Origin: a bacterium
GTDB lineage: Bacteria > Electryoneota > Electryoneia > Electryoneales > Electryoneaceae
Reading direction: 5' to 3'
NCBI GenBank assembly: GCA_019912845.1
Contig: JAIOHU010000228.1
Span: forward strand, 1,509-65,508
DNA: 64,000 nucleotides
Position 1 is the first letter of the stretch. Each line of letters begins with the position of its first letter. Both the position numbers and the translations under genes were made by a program. This document shows positions 47,531 to 56,516 of the stretch, piece after piece. The notes beneath the pieces are model-generated. The model had not been told where the DNA came from and did no database searches. It saw only the letters and a list, made by a program, of their open reading frames with translations.

Positions 47531-49153
47531 ATGGAAGTCATAATGACAACATATGATGTCAATACGACAACATCAACTCTCCTTAATGATTCGCTTTTTG
47601 CCATAGCGAATGATCTTGCGACGATCATGCCCGCTAAGGACCGTTACCAAAGATTATTGAAACACGTCCGCAATGTTGTACCCAGTGATGCCAGTGCATT
47701 ACTCAGATATGAAGGTGGAAAACTCTATCCGCTTGCGGTTGATGGGCTGACCGCAGACTCGCTGGGCAGAAGTTTTATTCCAGAAGAACATCCTCGTCTG
47801 AATAAAATTCTACATTCCGATCAACCAATCCGTTTTCCGGTGGATGATCCCATGCCCGATCCTTATGATGGGCTGATCGAAGCAAGTGAGGATGGCTACG
47901 CTCATGTTCACGCCTGCATGGGGTGTGCATTGCATGTTGGGGATCAATTGGTAGGTGTGCTTACTGTTGATGCGGTTGATCCCAAAGCCTTTGAAAAACT
48001 TGAGATACGTGAATTTGCAACATTAAGTGCGTTGGCAGCGGCTGCGATGCGAACTGTTTCGTTAATTGACACACTTGAGCAACTGGCGGAAAGACGAGGG
48101 CAGGTGACTCGTCAATTAATCGCAGAAGCTCTGCAACGTGGTGGTGGTGAGATTCTCGGTCGTAGTCCTGCGATTGAACAGCTAAAACGTGAGATTGGTG
48201 TGTTGGGGAACTCTGATCTCACTGTTCTAATCACAGGGCAAACAGGGACTGGGAAGGAGTTGGTAGCTCGTACGATTCATGCGAAATCCATACGCAAGGA
48301 TATGCCACTGGTTTATGTCAACTGTGCTGCTTTGCCGGAATCAATTGCTGAGAGTGAATTATTCGGTCATGTTTCAGGATCATTTACTGGAGCAACTGGT
48401 GATCGTCCCGGAAAATTCGAGCTGGCGGATGGAGGAACACTGTTTCTCGATGAGATCGGAGAACTGCCTCTCTCAATTCAGCCTAAGCTACTTCGTGCGT
48501 TACAATCTGGTGAGATTCAACGCATCGGGGCGGGTCATCCTTTGCAGGTGGATGTGCGTATCATCGCCGCAACGAACAGGAACCTGAAAGCTGAAGTTCG
48601 TGATGCACGTTTCAGGTCAGATTTATACCATAGATTAAGTGTGTATCCGATTCACGTCCCCCCGTTGGTGGAACGTCCCGGTGATATCTCACTCTTGGCA
48701 GGTCATTTTCTCGACCGTGCGAGAATTCAACTTGGGCTAGGAACGACCAGGCTGACACGTACTGCCAGACGTCACCTGGAACAATATGAGTGGCCCGGGA
48801 ATGTACGTGAGTTGGATCATGTGATTACACGAGCTGTATTGCGTGCATCGACTACGCCCAACGAAGATGGAGTGATCCTTGTGGGTGAAGAACATCTGAG
48901 CCTTGAGGCAGTCACTCCACACTCAAATCCGCCGGTTCTGGATGTACCAAACGATCAAGCGATTGCGTTTCCAGAAATAGCAACAGACACTCTGAAGGGA
49001 TTATCCTTCTCTGAAGCTCGTGAACACTTTGAAATTCACCTGCTGAAGAACGCTTTGGAACTGGCGCAGGGAAATTGGTCAAAAGCTGCACGACTGCTTA
49101 AAATTGACCGCAGCAACCTTTTTAGAACAGCGAAACGGTTGGGGTTGAAATAG
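47531..49153 (+). CDS. norR: NorR-type sigma-54-dependent NO-responsive transcriptional activator (GAF-AAA+-HTH)
   Basis: GAF domain. AAA+ motifs GQTGTGKELVARTIH, ESELFGH, GAF…TNR. C-terminal Fis-type HTH (LKIDRSNLFRTAKRLGL). Divergent from ytfE. Start ambiguous (TTG 47510, ATG 47531 or 47543). Confidence 0.85.
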   Translation: MEVIMTTYDVNTTTSTLLNDSLFAIANDLATIMPAKDRYQRLLKHVRNVVPSDASALLRYEGGKLYPLAVDGLTADSLGRSFIPEEHPRLNKILHSDQPIRFPVDDPMPDPYDGLIEASEDGYAHVHACMGCALHVGDQLVGVLTVDAVDPKAFEKLEIREFATLSALAAAAMRTVSLIDTLEQLAERRGQVTRQLIAEALQRGGGEILGRSPAIEQLKREIGVLGNSDLTVLITGQTGTGKELVARTIHAKSIRKDMPLVYVNCAALPESIAESELFGHVSGSFTGATGDRPGKFELADGGTLFLDEIGELPLSIQPKLLRALQSGEIQRIGAGHPLQVDVRIIAATNRNLKAEVRDARFRSDLYHRLSVYPIHVPPLVERPGDISLLAGHFLDRARIQLGLGTTRLTRTARRHLEQYEWPGNVRELDHVITRAVLRASTTPNEDGVILVGEEHLSLEAVTPHSNPPVLDVPNDQAIAFPEIATDTLKGLSFSEAREHFEIHLLKNALELAQGNWSKAARLLKIDRSNLFRTAKRLGLK

Positions 49154-49220
49154 TTGCTGATTATTTTTTCGGGCTTGTTAAATGGCTGGTTACGAGTGCT
49201 TTGTCTCGCATGCACTGAAT

Positions 49221-49297
49221 GTTGGCATTGGACTTGTCCAATGTCTAATAACTCAATTAATGGACTTATTAGACCCTGGATAAATCCAGGGCCAATC
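49221..49297. repeat. R4 repeat copy downstream of typA
   Basis: gttggcattggacttgtccaatgtctaataactcaattaatggacttattagaccctggataaatccagggccaatc. Confidence 0.7.
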
Positions 49298-49319
49298 TGT
49301 CATTCAAGCGTTGTGAAAC

Positions 49320-51143
49320 TCAAGCCCCTCGACTTGCTTTCTTAACTGCTTCAACCGTCAGCAGACGTTTACGCAGACGGATTGATTCGGGTGTAATTTC
49401 AACGATTTCATCATCTGCGATAAATTCCAGGGCATTTTCAAGAGAGATTATTTTTGGTGGATGGAGCATATAGTTATCATCCGATCCCGACGCCCGCATA
49501 TTGGTCAGTTTTTTCTCTTTGGATGGGTTGACCCACATATCATCGGTACGTGAATTCTCGCCGACGATCATACCTGAATAGTGTTCAACACCAGGGCCAA
49601 CAAATAGTTGCCCGCGTTCCTGAAGGTTCTGCAGCGCATAGGCATTGGCTTTGCCAGTACGATCCGCGATGAGGACTCCTGACTTACGATGGGGGATTTC
49701 GCCCACATGCTCACGCCATGCTAAGAAGATATGATTGATAATCGCTGTACCACGTGTTTCGACAATCAGTTGGGAACGTAACCCAATCAGCCCACGTAAA
49801 GTTATCTCAAATTCGAGACGTACCCAGCCGGATGAATGATTGACCATTTTCATCATCCGTCCCTTACGGAAGCCCATAGTCTGGGTGATTACTCCGATAT
49901 ATTCTTCGGGGCAGTCGATGATGAGGTGTTCCCAGGGTTCGAGAACGGCACCGTTTTCATCCTTTTTCGTAAGAACCCGAGGCTTGCCAACACCAACCTC
50001 AAACCCCTCACGTCGCATGGTTTCGAGGAGTATGGCAAACTGCAGTTCGCCTCTGCCTAAAACCCTGAAGGAATCGGCGGAATTTGTCTCTTCAACCTTG
50101 AGACTGGGATTGCCGAGAGTTTCTTTGAAGAGACGATCTCGCAACTGGCGACTGGTGACATATTTTCCCTCCAAACCGGAAAATGGGCTGGTATTCACGG
50201 AAAAGATCATCTCCAGCGAGGGTTCGTCAATTTTAAGGGCTTGCATCGGTTTGGGATTGAGTGGATCAGTTAGAGTCCATCCGAGTTGAATCCCCTCAAT
50301 ACCTGCGATTGCAACAATTTCACCTGGATTAGCCTCTTGGATTTCAAATCGTTTCAAACCAGAGTAGCCATAGAGTTTGGTGATCTTCGCAGTTGTACCA
50401 CCTTCACCGCCTGTCATGAGGACAGCATCACCGATTTTCAGGGTTCCATTGCTCACTCGCCCAATTCCCATTTGCCCGAGGTAACTGGAATAGTCAAGTG
50501 TTGTGATCTGAAGTTGTAACGGATGACCCTCTTCATAAGTAGGTGCAGGCACATTTTCAAGGATAACATCAAACAGTGGCGAGAGGTTGTTACCCGGGAC
50601 GTTTATATCCCGTGTAGCAGTTCCAGTTTTAGCAACGGTAAATAATATCGGGAAGTCGCATTGTTCTTCTGATGCGTCGAGATCAAAAAACAATTCGAGC
50701 ACTTCATCGACAACTTCTGCAATTCTCGCATCGGGACGGTCGATCTTGTTGATGACTACGATCGGCGACAAACCTGCCGCCAGAGCATTGGAGAGGACAT
50801 ATCGAGTCTGTGGAAGTGGACCCTCGGAAGCATCCACGAGAAGCAGGCAGCCATCCACCATTTTCAGCACTCGTTGAACCTCACCACCAAAATCAGCATG
50901 CCCGGGAGTATCGACGATGTTGATGGTGGTTCCATGCCAGTTAATGGCGGTATTTTTCGCCATGATGGTGATACCTTTTTCTCTCTCGAGATCAAGTCCA
51001 TCCATCATTCTTTCAGCGACTTTTTCATTTGCACGAAACAATCCGGACTGATGAAGCATGGCATCTACCAGGGTGGTTTTGCCATGATCAACGTGGGCGA
51101 TTATCGCCAGGTTTCGTATGTTATCTCTATGTTTTACAGACAT
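49320..51143 (-). CDS. typA: translational GTPase TypA/BipA
   Basis: NIRNLAIIAHVDHGKTTLVD, DTPGHADFGGEV, NKIDR. 607 aa. Confidence 0.95.
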   Translation of the reverse strand: MSVKHRDNIRNLAIIAHVDHGKTTLVDAMLHQSGLFRANEKVAERMMDGLDLEREKGITIMAKNTAINWHGTTINIVDTPGHADFGGEVQRVLKMVDGCLLLVDASEGPLPQTRYVLSNALAAGLSPIVVINKIDRPDARIAEVVDEVLELFFDLDASEEQCDFPILFTVAKTGTATRDINVPGNNLSPLFDVILENVPAPTYEEGHPLQLQITTLDYSSYLGQMGIGRVSNGTLKIGDAVLMTGGEGGTTAKITKLYGYSGLKRFEIQEANPGEIVAIAGIEGIQLGWTLTDPLNPKPMQALKIDEPSLEMIFSVNTSPFSGLEGKYVTSRQLRDRLFKETLGNPSLKVEETNSADSFRVLGRGELQFAILLETMRREGFEVGVGKPRVLTKKDENGAVLEPWEHLIIDCPEEYIGVITQTMGFRKGRMMKMVNHSSGWVRLEFEITLRGLIGLRSQLIVETRGTAIINHIFLAWREHVGEIPHRKSGVLIADRTGKANAYALQNLQERGQLFVGPGVEHYSGMIVGENSRTDDMWVNPSKEKKLTNMRASGSDDNYMLHPPKIISLENALEFIADDEIVEITPESIRLRKRLLTVEAVKKASRGA

Positions 51144-51420
51144 TACTATCTCCAGTTCACAACAATGAGCAGCTATAAAAATACCCCAATTCCGTAAGGA
51201 GGGGCAAAGTATGATGGAGAGTATCTTATTCCTACGATAGTTTATGGCTCATGGGGCATACTCAACCGTTATATTCCAACTTTTATGCATTGAATGAGCG
51301 TCACAATATCAAACGTATAATAAATTGCGGAGGGCTTTCGCACCTGCTATATTATTGAAGTATGTGGTTAATTTTCTAGTAGATTTCTGCGTTATCACCT
51401 ATTCACTCTGTGGAGATTCC

Positions 51421-52890
51421 ATGTTTTCTAGTAAGGTCATTTATTCTCCCATGTTGATCATATTATTAGCAGCTATTCCCCTTTTCCTTGTATCTGCTGA
51501 TCAGACAGTAGACTCCCTGAACCATCAGACTGAAGTTGCCGATTCAGTTTTGCAGGTAGAATCAGCTGATTCTGTGGAATATGTTCGTTCTGCTCATAAA
51601 TTTTTTGCCGCTGATTATGCTAGATTCCGTTACGATCAGGAGACTGTCCTCCTCGAAATGTATACCCTGGTTGACCGCTCAATGCTGGGTGTGGAAGAAG
51701 TTGCTGATGGTTTTCAGGCTCAGTATAAGGTGACATTCAAACTGTATGAGGATGATAGCCTGCTTGTAGGAGATTCCTGGATTCGGAATGATTTGACGGC
51801 TTCGGAAACAGATCGCATGAGCGGTCAGAAAATCCCCGAATTGATTAAATATCGTGTCAAACCGGGTTCATATACTGCGAATGTTGTGATCGTTGATCTC
51901 GTAAAGAACTCCTATCAAAGTGAGGGTTTCCTCCTCGAACTGGATGCCTTTTCTAATGATAAAGCAGCGATTTCCGATATCATGTTTGCCTCAAAAATCG
52001 ATGATTCAGCGGAAGATTTAGGCGAATTCGGACACAATGGTCTGCTTGTGCTGCCGAATGCAGAACGCACCTTTGGTATTTCCAATCCGCGGGTGTTTTA
52101 CTACACCGAGATATATAACCTCTCCTTGTCCGAAGGTAGCGAATATACAGTCACACGTGAGATTCTTAACGATTCACGTGAAGTAGTGCGAACGTTAAAA
52201 CAAAAACAACGTGCTGTTCCCGGTGAAAATGTTGTTGAGGTGGATGCATTTAATGTCGCCACCCTGCCTACCGGTTCGTACGCGTTGCAGATTACTGTTG
52301 AAGATTTGTCAACTGGCGATTCAGTGTCTCGTGAACGAAGATTCTGGGTCTATCGTGCAGGTGAATTGATCGCGTCGAGGAATATAAATGACCCCGGTTT
52401 TGATATCGCAGCGATGAGTGACGAAGCAATTGAAAAAGAACTGAAAATGATTCGTTACGTTATGCCCAATAAGCTGCAATCGCAAATTAAAGAGTTAAAT
52501 GACGATGCACAGCGTCAATTCCTGGCAAACTTCTGGATCGCCAATGATCCGGAAAAAGAGACTAAAGCAAATGAATGGCGTCAGGAATATATGAGACGAG
52601 TTGCTGAGGCGAATGAACGATTTGGCAGCTTTAAAAAGGAGGGCTGGACAACCGACCGTGGGCGCGTCTACCTGATAAATGGTCAACCAGACAATATCGA
52701 ATACCATCCTTTCGATTCCCAGTACAATAAAGCCTTCCAAATATGGTATTACGACGGCATCGAGGGTGGAGTTCAGTATGTATTTGTCGACCGGAACGGG
52801 TATGGTGATTACATACAGGTTCATTCCACCAAGAGTGGAGAAATCTCCAACTCTGAATGGCGTACACTGGAAAAACTGGGACGATTTTAG
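51421..52890 (+). CDS. GWxTD domain-containing secreted protein
   Basis: C-terminal KEGWTTDRGRVYLINGQPDNIEYHP…QIWYY (GWxTD motif). N-terminal signal/TM from ATG 51421. ORF track starts at 51325. Confidence 0.6.
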   Translation: MFSSKVIYSPMLIILLAAIPLFLVSADQTVDSLNHQTEVADSVLQVESADSVEYVRSAHKFFAADYARFRYDQETVLLEMYTLVDRSMLGVEEVADGFQAQYKVTFKLYEDDSLLVGDSWIRNDLTASETDRMSGQKIPELIKYRVKPGSYTANVVIVDLVKNSYQSEGFLLELDAFSNDKAAISDIMFASKIDDSAEDLGEFGHNGLLVLPNAERTFGISNPRVFYYTEIYNLSLSEGSEYTVTREILNDSREVVRTLKQKQRAVPGENVVEVDAFNVATLPTGSYALQITVEDLSTGDSVSRERRFWVYRAGELIASRNINDPGFDIAAMSDEAIEKELKMIRYVMPNKLQSQIKELNDDAQRQFLANFWIANDPEKETKANEWRQEYMRRVAEANERFGSFKKEGWTTDRGRVYLINGQPDNIEYHPFDSQYNKAFQIWYYDGIEGGVQYVFVDRNGYGDYIQVHSTKSGEISNSEWRTLEKLGRF

Positions 52891-53044
52891 CTATCTATCT
52901 CCTGTGCGTTTAGTGTTGGCATTGGACTTGTCCGATGTTTAATAATTCTACTAATGGCTTAATTTACACGTCTCAATGAGATGAAGTGGACGTACAAATT
53001 CCCAGCGGGCTGCATCATAGATATAGACGCAAGGTCGCCTGAGT

Positions 53045-53260
53045 TATTATGTATTCTTCTATATTTTTGGGTTGAAAATCGGAGACGTACTGCCAGATTC
53101 ACCAAAATCCCTCAATTTTTATAAATTATGTCTGTTTGTGAATATCACTTTTCCTCAATATCCAATTTTATTTCAAAGATTATTCGTTTTCTCTGGCATT
53201 CAAAGTAGAACTCATGCATATTCTACATCTGATTCAATTATGACCAATCAAAACTGTGTT
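53045..53260. repeat. ~200-bp dispersed direct repeat D, copy 1 (core 53067-53197 ~88% identical to 56299-56429); preceded by R4 partial copy 52913-52970
   Basis: ttggttgaaaatcggagacgta…ccaaaatccctcaatttt…tgaatatcacttttcctcaatatccaattttatttcaaagattattcgttttctctgg in both copies. Confidence 0.85.
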
Positions 53261-54813
53261 CGACGGCCTCGTACAATTCGAAACCCTGCTTCTCTCTCGT
53301 CATCGCCAGCAGATCGTTCCCCACATCGATCACCACCAATTCTGGTTAGTTGTGGGTCACGGACAACATGAACTTTCTCCGATAAATCATTCTTCTTAAT
53401 TGACCGGAATCTCGTCGCTGAGTAATTGGTGTCGCACCACTCCGGTGTACCATCTCCGAATCCTTCCAGACCCCAGATGTGATGTGATTTACCATCTACT
53501 GTCTTAAAACTCGTTTGTCGACAAATGTACTCCCACTCGGCCTCACTCGGAAGTCTATAGTAATAAGTATTAGACGTATCAATGCGTTGCAGGTAATCAC
53601 AATACCATTGTGCAACCTCCCAGCAAGTTTTAACTTTCGCTTCTGACACTACTGGCATCAATAGTTTATAATGTGCCTCATAATACGTCTCCTTAATCCC
53701 GCCTTCCACCAAATCAAAGGGAGTAAATACCAAATTAATAGCAAAAGGAACTGAAATAACTTCACCTTTGGGAGTTAAGGGAACCCTATTTCTTCGTTTA
53801 AAATCTGTTGTATCTCTTGTAATCTTGTTACCATTGACATCATTAAGGAAACGGATATACTGAGATAGCGTTATCTGATGAGTAGATATTTCTATCTCCG
53901 ATCGTATCGAAATGTGATGCCGAACAGTCGGTTGGCTACTCTCTGGGTAAATCGCTTGAAAAGAACCCGGTGGGATCTTGGCAAACTTTATCCCGTCAGG
54001 GCCTTCCCGGATGAATCCATTTAAAGTGGAATCACTCATCTTGTGTCGCCAACGTTCAAATAGGGTGCTATATCTGGTAGAATCAAGATCATAATAATGC
54101 AGTAAATTATATAAAGAATCTACCACACCGCCTGTATTCAGGCTAAGAAATGCATAGTTATTTGTTGTATCGACAGATGTTCTGATGCCTTTTGCAAGGA
54201 GATCTAGCGCCGGGACAAAATACTCGTTCTTGTAAGCTTGAACTCGTCTGTTCAAAGAAACAAAGGCTGATGACTTATGATCCAAAATATAAGACAATGA
54301 GTCCATTAACATCCGGATGTCTTCAATAGATTGAACAGTATCAAGGCTACCAGCATCAAGTATGAGTTCTATTTGATTCGTCAAACGGTGTCTACGTATA
54401 TTTTTGCGATTCTGTTTTAGTCTTTCTTCAATCGAAGCAATTAATTCATAACTTCGAGTTATATCTAGCTCATATTCCTTCTGTAGATCAGTAGCATGGC
54501 GCACGAGATCCCTTGCTTCCGCAATATCTTCCAGTGAAGAAGTACTATCCAAAAGTGTAGACTCTATCCTATAGTATATTTTGCCTATTTTTTCCTGCGC
54601 ACTTATTCTTTTATCATTATAGGCTTTTGATTTGATGCTATAGGACTTATACCTTCCAATCATCACAAGAATGCCAATTGTAAAAGCAAAAACGATGATG
54701 GGCGATGCTAAAAGTATATAAAAGCGCCATCCTGAGCTGTACTTTGATTTTTGTGATGAATTGTCGCTTATCAATTTTATCCTCTTAATAAATATGTGTG
54801 ATGATGCCGTCAA
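53248..54813 (-). CDS. membrane-anchored coiled-coil protein with C-terminal formylglycine-generating-enzyme (SUMF1/FGE) family domain
   Basis: C-terminal ~130 aa carry FGE-family motifs (…CWEVAQWYCDYL…YYYRLPSEAEWEYICRQ…HHIWG…PEWCDTNY…FRIVRG). N-terminal TM (FYILLASPIIVFAFTIGILVMI) and ~300 aa of predicted helix. AT-rich. Confidence 0.55.
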   Translation of the reverse strand: MTASSHIFIKRIKLISDNSSQKSKYSSGWRFYILLASPIIVFAFTIGILVMIGRYKSYSIKSKAYNDKRISAQEKIGKIYYRIESTLLDSTSSLEDIAEARDLVRHATDLQKEYELDITRSYELIASIEERLKQNRKNIRRHRLTNQIELILDAGSLDTVQSIEDIRMLMDSLSYILDHKSSAFVSLNRRVQAYKNEYFVPALDLLAKGIRTSVDTTNNYAFLSLNTGGVVDSLYNLLHYYDLDSTRYSTLFERWRHKMSDSTLNGFIREGPDGIKFAKIPPGSFQAIYPESSQPTVRHHISIRSEIEISTHQITLSQYIRFLNDVNGNKITRDTTDFKRRNRVPLTPKGEVISVPFAINLVFTPFDLVEGGIKETYYEAHYKLLMPVVSEAKVKTCWEVAQWYCDYLQRIDTSNTYYYRLPSEAEWEYICRQTSFKTVDGKSHHIWGLEGFGDGTPEWCDTNYSATRFRSIKKNDLSEKVHVVRDPQLTRIGGDRCGERSAGDDEREAGFRIVRGRRTQF

Positions 54814-55119
54814 TACGTTGTAATCAGCATCTCTAATCCCATTCTATGATTCTTACGCTACCTTCATTTATTGAAGTATTTACTGAATAACTTTCTGAAA
54901 TCTGTGGAAAGAGTTTGGAGTAATCCTCATTTATTGCCCTGGTCCTTTTTCCATCCGTCTCATCATTATTGGCTTTCAGCGATTTTAATAATACTTTTAG
55001 TTTGTAGATGTTCTCTGAGATAATGTCCGGTGTTGGATCGCCAAACCCTAATCCTCGCTAAGGCAGATTGGACTGTCCTGCTGCCAGGGGCTACCGTCCA
55101 TTGGAGTGGTTATTAAGGT

Positions 55120-55893
55120 TCAGTAGCTGTAGTTGATCCGTATTTCGACCACTACCATTTGATTATTGGCCTGCCGTTGGTTTCGGCTGGTAGATAGCGA
55201 GGACGGTACATAGACCGATGCGTTTGTGATATGAACCATTTCGCCAAACGCTGGAAGGTAGGCCCATTCACCTGATGACGCTTCAGGAACCCAAGATGCC
55301 CGGAAAGACTGAATCGCCTGAGTGTCGGTGGAGAGGGTGAACAGTGCAGTATGGAGCGTTTGCGATGGGGCTGAGTCAAACACGTGCGATCTAGGTTCGA
55401 AGAACACTGTCTGCTGGCCATTAGAATTAAGGCCTCGAAGAGTATAGCTATAGTTGGATTCCTCGGCAGCTGTGACGATATCGACTATGCTTTCAAGTGC
55501 CTGAACATCCTTCAGCAACCAAGATTCGACTGCATTTTGATCAATTTCCCGGCCAGTATCGTCCTTCCAAACAGGTCCGTTTCCACGATCGGACATCGGC
55601 GGGTACTCAGTGGTGTATGAGCCTTGCTCCATAATCGAGTGATATGAAGTCGCACCTCCTGAGGAAAGGCTGTAGGTAATGATGCGCGTGTAAGCGTGGG
55701 TTGCTTGGAACAACCTGACCTGGCCGATGGATTCCCTCATGCTCTCCAATAGTTTGGCATCCTGTCCGGAGGCCTCTGGTTTACCCCAACGCGATCTCCA
55801 CTGTGAGTCTCCCTGCCCGAAAGCTGCGTATTGTGAAAATACCCACATAATAAGCACCAAAATCATATTGCAACTTACCCGGAAGTGATCCAT
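55120..55893 (-). CDS. hypothetical secreted protein
   Basis: Signal peptide MILVLIMWVFSQYAAFG. No family recognised. Confidence 0.45.
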   Translation of the reverse strand: MDHFRVSCNMILVLIMWVFSQYAAFGQGDSQWRSRWGKPEASGQDAKLLESMRESIGQVRLFQATHAYTRIITYSLSSGGATSYHSIMEQGSYTTEYPPMSDRGNGPVWKDDTGREIDQNAVESWLLKDVQALESIVDIVTAAEESNYSYTLRGLNSNGQQTVFFEPRSHVFDSAPSQTLHTALFTLSTDTQAIQSFRASWVPEASSGEWAYLPAFGEMVHITNASVYVPSSLSTSRNQRQANNQMVVVEIRINYSY

Positions 55894-56274
55894 GCTTTGT
55901 TCTCCCTTTCCTGATTACAGAGTGACAAAAGGGTATCAGTAATTATCGTGAGATGACAAACACCAGATAATCAATAACGATAAGTCTCAACCCCCGTCTA
56001 TGGTCAATATTCCAATTTTTGGTCGCATCCCGAAGTTTGGTGGAGATTGTGATCTCCCCTCGGGTTGCTGAAAGCTACGCTGTTTCCAGAGAGCTATCAA
56101 CTGCGTCGATCGTCAACACGCTCTTTTCCTTTGCCGTCCTGTGTATACTCTTTATTCTATCCGCCGCATTATTATTGGCTTTCAGCGTTTTTAATGAATC
56201 ACCTGAACTGGATAGTTGAAATACCAATTCTCGGTGGGTTGTATCATAAATACAGCCGTCAAGTTGTCTGAATT

Positions 56275-56490
56275 ATTCTGATTTTCCTTCTTCTGTCTTT
56301 TGGTTGAAAATCGGAGACGTATGTCCAGATTCTCCAAAATCCCTCAATTTTCATAAACTTTGTCCGTTTATGAATATCACTTTTCCTCAATATCCAATTT
56401 TATTTCAAAGATTATTCGTTTTCTCTGGGATTTATAGGGGAAATCTCGAAAATATACTTCGGATTCAGTTGTGACCAAGCACAACCTAAA
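56275..56490. repeat. ~200-bp dispersed direct repeat D, copy 2
   Basis: See copy 1. Also R6 motif cattattggctttcagcg.ttttaat at 54963-54988 and 56167-56197 (third copy 61030-61048). Confidence 0.85.
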
Positions 56491-56516
56491 TTGCATTACC
56501 TACCCGAAAATATTCT

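Noticed and set aside
47537-47547. GTCATaATGAC palindrome as an upstream NorR enhancer for ytfE
   Set aside because: It overlaps the probable norR start codons and is on the far side of norR's own 5' end. It could instead be an autoregulatory site, or coincidental. Kept only as a candidate in the regulon finding.
53072-53371. 99-aa ORF (TTG start) inside repeat D as a real protein gene
   Set aside because: The copy-2 frame terminates after 57 codons. Substitution pattern is mixed rather than clearly purifying. The ORF runs antisense into the 3' end of the FGE-family gene. Kept only as a note in the repeat-D finding.
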